Assembly: GCA_045568475.1 (NCBI GenBank)
Contig: JBJLAY010000028.1
Span: 121-64,120 of the forward strand
Origin: Candidatus Poseidoniaceae archaeon
Lineage (GTDB): Archaea; Thermoplasmatota; Poseidoniia; Poseidoniales; Poseidoniaceae
Direction of reading: 5' to 3'
Length of the DNA stretch: 64,000 nt
This document shows, piece after piece, positions 58,501-64,000 of the stretch (positions are counted from its first letter, which is position 1; each line of letters begins with the position of its first letter). The notes under the pieces are model-generated. The model was not told the DNA's origin and made no database searches. It worked only from the letters and a program-made list of their open reading frames with translations. A program made the translations under genes and the position numbers.

Positions 58501-60874
58501 AAATGTAGCCCCCGGAAATTCCAGATTCTATTGCAAAATCAAAGAATTGGGATGGCTGTAGATTCCAACTGCTACCCTTTGGAAGATCAGTTGCAGTATT
58601 TCCGTTCCATCTGATCGCTCCGTTTGAAGTTCCGATGAGCATTATTGAATTGCCAGAATCGGATTCTAAGGCATATACTTGGTTGGAAGGAAGTACTTCG
58701 GTTGGGCCTGCATTACCTCTGTTTGGTATAACTGTAAGAGGGGCTAAAATTTCGCCAGTTGATAGGTCCTTTCGTGCAACTCCGTAACCCGGTAGTCCCA
58801 TGTGAAGAACTTGAGGATTGGTTCCAAGAATTGCCACAGGTGCGAAATCAACATCGTTGATTCCAGTTGATACCCATGAGCCTAGGAATGTGTTGTTTGC
58901 GATAATATATCGATTCAATCCGTCTTCTGCAGTGCCAATGTATGCTACTCCATTATGTATTGCAACTCCGGTAGGAGAGTCACTATCTAGGTCACTATTT
59001 CCTTCATTTAGGGCAATTGCTGAACCAGATGAAGATTGATTGAATATCGATGCGCCGTTTTGTGGATGAATGGCGACTATCCAATCTCCCTCAGCATCTA
59101 CGCCGCTTATATCGTCTGATTGTAGGCCAGATACTGCATTCCATGTATCTAGGACATTACCTTGAGTGTCAATAATATGTATGCCACTACCCATTGTTCC
59201 AACAATGACATTGACTCCATCATTTACAATTTGAGTAACAGTACTTCCAGTATTGATAGGAGAAAGCCATCTTGCCTGACTAATCGAATACCTGTCAAGA
59301 TAATCTTCACTACCTACGTAGATTACTCCGTCAAATTGCATAGCATCGCTCAAGTCACCAGAATATGGGCCGCTTCCAATCGACAAGTCACCGGTGTAAA
59401 CAGGCGTACTTCCCGGTTCGAGCATAGCAAGAACTGCACTACCATCTGTAACAAGAACGGTGTCATTTACGGGGCTCCTAGAGCCCGAAGAGGGCCAGTA
59501 AAGTATGTTCTTTCCATCATTTGCTTGGCCTAATGATGCAAGGGATGTGGTGGCTGAGAATGTGCCTGAGGCAGTGTTGTACATATGTACTGAATCAGTG
59601 GTCAGAATCTGAATTTGGTTATTGACAAATGTCATGCCCATTACTTCATCAGACGACAACCAGTTCCCGCTATTCCAAGTTGCTAACCAGAAATTGCTTG
59701 AAAGATCCCAGCGCGCTATTCCAGCGTCATATGATGCAACCAACAATTGATTTCCAGCTACAATGAAATCGCTGATGTAATCTGAGTGAAGGTTGTTTGC
59801 AGTATTCCACGGTGACAGTGGAGACATTGAATTTACATCCCACCTTCCTACGCCTCCGCCAAGTAGAGATGAATAGATTACTCCGTTATATTCTAAGTTC
59901 GTTTCAGGAACACCTGTTGGCCAGTTAGTAGTGCCACTCGCCTGTTCCAAAGTCCAACCAGTTCCAGCCGAATTCAGAGTAAATATTCCGGATTCGCTGA
60001 ATGCAAAAAGATCGCCGTTACTACCAACGAGTACTTGCGCCCATGAGCCGCCAGATGGTTCAGCCGGTAAGTCTGCATTCCAACTTGTGTCGGATAGATT
60101 AACAGAACGAACTTCACCGCCAGAAGTAGCAATTAGCATTCGATTATTGGCTATATCAATTTCAAGGTCCCACACATCTTCACTTTCGCCATTCGAATTC
60201 ATGATTTCAAATAAATCAATTATATTCGGTGTTGACATTGCATCGAGAATAACGATGTATGATCCAATAGCGAGATACATTCGCCCATCAACAGGGTGGA
60301 TTTGATAATCCTCGATATACAATTCAACCGGTTCTAGAGAAGTGAATGGATCTGCGGGAGCGAGAACTTCGAGAATGAAATCAGTGATTTCAGAACCAGA
60401 TGGGACGGTTACAGTCGCACCAACATCTGCGTTTGTTGAAAGTCTACCCTGGTGCGGGTTAGAGCCATCGAATCCGTATGTTTGACCTAGCCAGCCATTG
60501 CCTCTCCAATCAAACAAAACTTGTCCAGTATCGGGAGAAAGTAGGAGTGGCTGCTGTACCGAAACACCTTCAGTTCCGTCGACCATTATTTCCATTGTTG
60601 CGTTTCCAAGAATCGCCCCTGGGGCGAATTCCATTGTCCAGCCAGCGGTAGCCTGCGAGCCATTAATTGGATTAGCACCGGTGGCATTTAGCAACATCCA
60701 ACCGGTGTCTTCGGACCCTTCTTTAGGCCATATTGTACTGCTGCCGCCTTCATGTGCACTGGCCAGTGGTGCGGATAGGATTGGGCCTAAAGAAGACAAC
60801 AACATCACGGTCACGAGTAGTACGGCTCGAGCGCCAGTATTCGCAGGGCCTACGGCCCTGTTGAGTTTGTTCAT
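52520..60874 (-). CDS. Giant (2784 aa) cell-surface protein with many Reg_prop/Y_Y_Y-like beta-propeller repeats, FN3/Ig-like domains, a TM anchor and a Pro/Gln-rich cytoplasmic tail
   Basis: The signal peptide is AVLLVTVMLLSSLGPILSAPLASA. Repeated blades include VYVATNNGVARWN, AYIGTAEDGLNRY, IMLIGTSNGAIRWN and VWMATPSGLAMYN. Repeated L-x-L-x-D-x-x-D-D-G-T-A...W modules are present. The TM is MILAGMALITMLLLVLVL, and the tail reads QPPAIQPSQQ... Confidence 0.75.
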   Translation of the reverse strand: MNKLNRAVGPANTGARAVLLVTVMLLSSLGPILSAPLASAHEGGSSTIWPKEGSEDTGWMLLNATGANPINGSQATAGWTMEFAPGAILGNATMEIMVDGTEGVSVQQPLLLSPDTGQVLFDWRGNGWLGQTYGFDGSNPHQGRLSTNADVGATVTVPSGSEITDFILEVLAPADPFTSLEPVELYIEDYQIHPVDGRMYLAIGSYIVILDAMSTPNIIDLFEIMNSNGESEDVWDLEIDIANNRMLIATSGGEVRSVNLSDTSWNADLPAEPSGGSWAQVLVGSNGDLFAFSESGIFTLNSAGTGWTLEQASGTTNWPTGVPETNLEYNGVIYSSLLGGGVGRWDVNSMSPLSPWNTANNLHSDYISDFIVAGNQLLVASYDAGIARWDLSSNFWLATWNSGNWLSSDEVMGMTFVNNQIQILTTDSVHMYNTASGTFSATTSLASLGQANDGKNILYWPSSGSRSPVNDTVLVTDGSAVLAMLEPGSTPVYTGDLSIGSGPYSGDLSDAMQFDGVIYVGSEDYLDRYSISQARWLSPINTGSTVTQIVNDGVNVIVGTMGSGIHIIDTQGNVLDTWNAVSGLQSDDISGVDAEGDWIVAIHPQNGASIFNQSSSGSAIALNEGNSDLDSDSPTGVAIHNGVAYIGTAEDGLNRYIIANNTFLGSWVSTGINDVDFAPVAILGTNPQVLHMGLPGYGVARKDLSTGEILAPLTVIPNRGNAGPTEVLPSNQVYALESDSGNSIMLIGTSNGAIRWNGNTATDLPKGSSWNLQPSQFFDFAIESGISGGYIYAGTNIGVCKYNVATLGLNDCVNAQDGMPNWGVNAVGFNSTTVFGGTTNGVGLIDKSSFSWTENWQADTSPSNALIEVIGDVAYVGLFGIGVARYDIPNNIWLTTWTEDNYLDQGNEEVTGLVADFRPGHIWVGGSDGFQLLNVTTGSEVYDIEKTSSLWDFGNGDPYDLAIYGDTLYFHQQYSSDSVFRIDIANFTSKSTLDAGAQVDENGGDVYGMKIIGDVLHVSVASGQWWNTEGSGGVALYNLTTDSWQAELMPEGSVDRVTSFISSTGTNWISWGESKLEAFAANGSKVGEWDDLEFPIREIVEFDGEILFATEDGITRYDESTNQWLSTWTPGNGLPSSADDTVYELWTNGTDLVAGTARNGGFGGFDGEILHLDNSGTWTTWDTGSNGIPNGYPIGMAMCAGIFHVSITANNGGVARLDLANGTALSSWTTSTRLADGDAAAVACDESSDILYIGYNDDSEPISRYDYINDQWLSDLTSSTHNIPSDPVWWGAMEFAGGRLAIGYDIGDQGDNVIGGGYALLSASGATVGTASILSTGSAVSSIDWLGTQWLIGQAGGTSGYSHVDTLGQGGQNTIHALPNLVSGQVTSMAGNSTHLWVASSSWQNTGSGVLQGVKLANGSVEWQRGWTIPANAAVTDIELVGTDLYLASNNRGLRMLDTLTGTLVTLPTGIHNFQDEIKLVGDELYIGLQGSGSSSPGIQVFNTTTMAYTAGRLIAGLPSNNINAIETVTTTGNFGQILSETVYVATNNGVARWNATGDNWETALTAVDGLPISYVEDLVEFDGNVWMATPSGLAMYNESTGNFTTFTPADGLMGTSTWGLTGTTTTTTSAGGITQTQQSLFISHDGKGTDRPGITQMNTADNSISALHQFDQLPSNSVTAVTADTWGVHVATTTGPLVHWVRSTGDFNTGVNIFSMEDWPVYSMRSDGSYLIAVGENGATVVQAGLNGNSIVDRFYAADSTGGSVVSNSYVAVTTESGLKIWTLNSGEELDSTTLRRADPLSLGFELQFQDVTDYTHPGMQVVLVNSSSTVTLDENGVSGAHGIPMQTVPLTFSSPVGGAATWAKLVDLKWNATVNLSNDPTFLPSMQYAVDNGVLLNGTRFVNFQVTSPTNGSMWVKVTYDWYRTETPIQGLSLWDRPDDGGSTLMANWTLVHDEDFSRYLVYLNEGPWATQPTVPDLQSRTPDASVSLHSRLQTEVSTIGGQPLQDGVEYSAVVVVEYNDGRFGVVSTPFGPATPTDEVPTPPIWATAVSGDQFVAVDGEVFAEWARCGALDLASTRVYASTTAITDALGLGVHTEIMPQVGNVSTLTLEAGKPHWLAFTCVDESGQEDLVNATVIGPIVPTGGINDGVPPPKLTGVWAEDVPADDGGRVQMGWDESVASDCAYVTVYMAPVTTGGDTILPSNVDDMEVATIVPDCETNMTIIDSIGEDLLIDGQPYWIGAVAFDKWLNGDTGDVTILEVTPYVNNIDGASEPDRIDELNAWDHPDDDGTAIDVSWVPSQVDDFDYYVIWAAEYPLDDLTDFWAEAGTEPGKCGCIVLDKQWIDTAKSPIELTLNTALYGGSGISSSLPSQIVPDVELYVAVTVHDIKGNVHLDNLNIAMVTPIDNQADTTAPDRLVDLNLYDRAGDDGTAVQLEFALSEESDIAYYEVYAAAFTFTSVGSSGTVKTPIATLDRDPEIPLTIDILVFDVLVVPNTPVTVAVVPVDWSGNAYRDNLITSTAIAIDDGVDDVGAYLPDIDGIELEWVDDSILVTWEHTNDPSVRSYLVYISDEEFSAVSDATEVGMSSVASSFIITTANYPDLTNESAWWIGVAAKDNINSRQIIQSQQIDSIGASGGGGEGDESEGDDSSTDLGELLSTGNMILAGMALITMLLLVLVLRGKGSKSARSKDWELQEATWGIQARDGWDDVGSFGGQVAPPVAQPPAIQPSQQSDIYAAAQRIQQPSQPVQPQSQVQPQRWNQPAPQQPAQGGIDTSFLDDLL

Positions 60875-61052
60875 GGAACCTATCGGACTTCAATGGTATA
60901 TCAAGCGAATGCACTCTTGTTAATCGCCTGAATCACCGATTTTGAGTATATTTTCGTGATTTTGAAACTATTCAACTTTCGCTGTTAAGTTGAATTTATT
61001 CACAAAAAGGTCAAACACGGTACAGTATGAGAAGCATCTCGGAGAGATTGAA

Positions 61053-63362
61053 ATGGATGAGGACTGGCGGGAGCAAGCAATCAAAAAAGAAGCTCTTGAT
61101 TATCACGAAGCTACGCCTCGTGGCAAGATAAAAGTCATGCCTACAAAACCACATTCAACGGCCCATGAATTATCCCTTGCTTACTCTCCAGGAGTTGCTT
61201 ATCCTTGCTTAGAGATTGCAGAGAATCCCGATGATGCATATCGCTACACATCCAAGGGCAATTTGGTCGCTGTAATATCGAATGGCACAGCGGTTTTGGG
61301 CTTGGGAAATATCGGTGCTTTAGCATCTAAACCAGTTATGGAAGGCAAAGGTTTGCTTCTGAAAACATTTGCTGATATCGATGTATTCGACATTCAAATC
61401 GATACTGAAGATCCGGAAGAATTCATCAAAACCGTTTGCAATATTGCGCCCACCTTTGGAGGCATTAATTTAGAAGATATCAAAGCCCCTGAATGTTTTG
61501 AAATCGAGAGGAGAATTGCAGAAGCAACCAACATCCCAGTAATGCATGACGATCAGCACGGCACAGCGATTATTTCGGGAGCAGCATTACTCAATGCTGT
61601 AGAATTACAAGGCAAAAAATTGTCTGAGATAAAAGTTGTAGTTGCTGGAGCAGGAGCATCAGCAATTGCGTGTGCTTCCCACTATGTAGCATTAGGTGTA
61701 AATCGCAAAAACATACTGATGTGTGATTCTCAAGGAATTATGACTAAGAAGAGATTGGACGCTGGTGAATTGAATGAATTCAAGGCGCCATTTGCAGTTG
61801 ATTCTGAAGAAGGCAGTTTAGCAGATGCTCTTGTTGGAGCAGACGTGATGCTCGGGCTTTCAAAAGGCGGCCTTGTTAATGGAGAAATGGTGTCCAAAAT
61901 GGCAAGCAAACCAATCATTTTTGCTCTGGCGAACCCAACGCCCGAAATAATGCCACACGAAGTTTTGGCTGTCAGAGATGATGCAATTATAGCAACAGGG
62001 CGCTCCGACTTTTCTAATCAAGTGAACAACGTACTTGGATTCCCATACATTTTCAGAGGCGCCCTAGATGTTAGAGCGAGAGATATTACTCCTGGCATGA
62101 AGATGGCTGCAACCAAAGCATTGGCAGCATTAGCAAAAGAACCAGTTCCAGACTATATCTCACATGCCTATTCTGGAGAATCAATGCAATATGGTCCAGA
62201 TTATATCATTCCTAAACCGTTTGATAGAAGGGTACTGATTTGGGAAGCAGCAGACGTGGCCGAAGCCGCAGTCAATGAAGGAATTGCTGCAATTAAGCCA
62301 GAAGATTTCGACAAACAAGCATACAAAGAATCGCTGGAAGCTAGACTTGGAATGTCATATTCTGTAATGAGAGGAGTTTTCAATCAGGTAAAAGGTCGCA
62401 AAAAGAGAATCGTTTTCCCAGAAGGGGACAATGAAAAGGTCATCAGAGCAGCAGCACAGTGCGTTGAACAGGAGATCTGTGTTCCAATTCTATTAGGAAA
62501 CAAGGAAAATATTCACCAAACGATGTCAGAGTTGAATATTGAATTTGATTGTGAAATCACTAATCCAAGATATGACGAACGGAGAATTGGCAACTATGAT
62601 ATCCACTTACTACAAAACCGCAGTCGAAAAGGGATGACAGCATTAGATGCTCAAAGACTACTCAAAAGCAGACCATATTTCGCTGCCCAGATGGTTGAAA
62701 TTGGAGATGCAGATGGTTTCTTAGGAGGGGTGAGTAGAAATTATGCAGATGTTCTGAGGCCTTGTTTAGAAGTTATTGGAAGTGATGAGGATAGTCACTG
62801 TGCGATTGGTTGCTACATGATGGTTGTAAAGGGCCGGCTAATCTTCTTAGGAGATGCTACAGTAAACGTATATCCTGATAGCAAAACACTTGCAGATATT
62901 GCAGTTCAAACTGCAAAAGTGGCCCGGAGATTCGGAGTAGAACCCAAGGTTGCTATGTTGTCATTCTCAAATTTTGGTAGTAGCCGAGCGCAACGTTCTG
63001 AAAGAATAGAAGAGGCAATTGATATGGCAAGAGAGATGGACACTTCTCTAAGCATCGATGGTCCAATGCAGGCAGACACTGCTCTAGATGTCGACGTTCA
63101 ATCTGAATATCCATTCATGGCATTTGACGGGCCAGCTAACATTCTGATATGCCCGAATCTAGCATCAGCAAATATTGCTTACAAATTACTTGAACAGTTG
63201 GGGGATGCTGAGATGACAGGGCCTATTTTAGATGGGTTAGACAAACCTGTGCAGTTACTTGCACGAGCCGACGGAGTAAGGCACATTGTCAATATGGCTG
63301 CAATTTGCGCTCTTGATGCAATACGGAAAGAATCGTACTGGACTAGTCTTTCAAATGAATGA
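61053..63362 (+). CDS. maeB: NADP-dependent malic enzyme with a malic-enzyme domain and a phosphotransacetylase-like C-terminal domain
   Basis: [29 protein letters not shown] (NAD(P)-binding) and a PTA-like C-terminal half support the call. The ORF track TTG at 60990 gives an atypical 21-aa extension. The ATG at 61053 is preferred. Confidence 0.85.
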   Translation: MDEDWREQAIKKEALDYHEATPRGKIKVMPTKPHSTAHELSLAYSPGVAYPCLEIAENPDDAYRYTSKGNLVAVISNGTAVLGLGNIGALASKPVMEGKGLLLKTFADIDVFDIQIDTEDPEEFIKTVCNIAPTFGGINLEDIKAPECFEIERRIAEATNIPVMHDDQHGTAIISGAALLNAVELQGKKLSEIKVVVAGAGASAIACASHYVALGVNRKNILMCDSQGIMTKKRLDAGELNEFKAPFAVDSEEGSLADALVGADVMLGLSKGGLVNGEMVSKMASKPIIFALANPTPEIMPHEVLAVRDDAIIATGRSDFSNQVNNVLGFPYIFRGALDVRARDITPGMKMAATKALAALAKEPVPDYISHAYSGESMQYGPDYIIPKPFDRRVLIWEAADVAEAAVNEGIAAIKPEDFDKQAYKESLEARLGMSYSVMRGVFNQVKGRKKRIVFPEGDNEKVIRAAAQCVEQEICVPILLGNKENIHQTMSELNIEFDCEITNPRYDERRIGNYDIHLLQNRSRKGMTALDAQRLLKSRPYFAAQMVEIGDADGFLGGVSRNYADVLRPCLEVIGSDEDSHCAIGCYMMVVKGRLIFLGDATVNVYPDSKTLADIAVQTAKVARRFGVEPKVAMLSFSNFGSSRAQRSERIEEAIDMAREMDTSLSIDGPMQADTALDVDVQSEYPFMAFDGPANILICPNLASANIAYKLLEQLGDAEMTGPILDGLDKPVQLLARADGVRHIVNMAAICALDAIRKESYWTSLSNE

Positions 63363-63984
63363 TTTCACCTTCGGAGTCCAATGCCCAAGTCGGTCTTCTC
63401 GGCCTCCAGAATGCCCCGGTAACGAAACCAGCGCATAAGCCTCCGAACAGTAGATTTGCCCAACCATCGATGGCATAGGATCCAAATCCTCTGAGTATGG
63501 GAATCGTGAAACTAGGAATTATTCCCAGTATGGTAGTCCAAAACAACTCACTGCGGATATTCGTGGCTAGATTAGCATTATTTGGAACCCTCTTCACTTC
63601 ACTATCTCGTTTTGGAGATACTACCAATCTGAATCCAACTTTGGGTAATGGCCTATCTCCTGGCGTTATTACGCGTGCGTACACACCTGAGCGCGTAGGG
63701 TGCGCTGACTGAGATACACGATGTCCAGACAGCGGTCCATCGACTTCGTCTAACCGCGGCCTTCCGTCCAATGGAGCGCCCCGATGGTTGCCAGTTGCTT
63801 CATCAGCCAGCAACTCAGTCCATCCACAAGGTAGAGAAAGCATGTCCCTCGCAGCTTCCCATTCAGATTGAGAAGGTCTGCGTATATCATCATCAAAATG
63901 TTCTGAAAGCCTCGAACAGAGTTCAGCAACATCATCATGAGTAATCATATCTTTGAGATCTTCAGAACTATCTTCTTCTCCCAT
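63343..63984 (-). CDS. Hypothetical protein with C-terminal TM helices
   Basis: The ORF is 213 aa with an acidic N-terminus and a hydrophobic C-terminus. It overlaps the maeB 3' end convergently. Confidence 0.4.
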   Translation of the reverse strand: MGEEDSSEDLKDMITHDDVAELCSRLSEHFDDDIRRPSQSEWEAARDMLSLPCGWTELLADEATGNHRGAPLDGRPRLDEVDGPLSGHRVSQSAHPTRSGVYARVITPGDRPLPKVGFRLVVSPKRDSEVKRVPNNANLATNIRSELFWTTILGIIPSFTIPILRGFGSYAIDGWANLLFGGLCAGFVTGAFWRPRRPTWALDSEGEIIHLKD

Positions 63985-64000
63985 TATCTTTCCATATTGA

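Noticed and set aside
476-60305. Numerous 60-170 aa ORFs lie antisense to or nested inside the large genes. Examples are 476-679, 12699-13292, 13518-13802, 53316-53528, 55119-55430, 57108-57509, 30022-30668 and 35027-35545.
   Set aside because: They are embedded in well-supported long CDSs on the opposite strand or in another frame. Their composition is low-complexity and they have no motifs, so I treat them as shadow ORFs.
1-64000. CRISPR arrays, rRNA and other structured ncRNAs.
   Set aside because: No regularly spaced direct repeats and no rRNA-like segments were seen. Intergenic regions are short and lack convincing conserved RNA structure by eye.

Overview
This is an archaeal chromosomal segment of roughly 45-48% GC. 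The archaeal assignment rests on an MCM helicase, GatE, archaeal-type Pth2, Trm1 and two PAC2 proteasome-assembly chaperones. Many proteins are strongly acidic and secreted, which is typical of a marine planktonic euryarchaeote (inference). I support about 46 protein-coding genes and one tRNA-Arg(GCG), and I see no CRISPR array, rRNA or obvious mobile element. More than 20% of the window encodes giant cell-surface proteins: a partial protein of more than 757 aa with tandem Ig-like repeats, a 1391-aa FG-GAP/FN3 protein and a 2784-aa beta-propeller protein. The housekeeping content is purM, trm1, mcm, gatE, pth2, threonine aldolase, proline iminopeptidase, phosphatidylserine decarboxylase, a YchF-type GTPase, a pabAB fusion with a pabC-like gene, and malic enzyme. 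The most unusual content is a translationally coupled, bacterial-type AddB-like and AddA-like helicase-nuclease pair (29509-38009), which is unexpected in an archaeon. Both subunits carry RecB-family nuclease motifs with Cys clusters. A third Cys-cluster RecB/Cas4-family nuclease (4766-5911) sits convergently against a DEDDh (DnaQ-like) exonuclease (5891-6760). Other points of interest are a polytopic membrane protein ending in two EF-hands plus a SAP motif, a radical-SAM-like protein with atypical Cys spacing, and a secreted thioredoxin-like anchored protein. The ORF track often starts at TTG or GTG, and I moved several starts to downstream ATGs. Coordinates may be off by ±1 in places because of hand counting.
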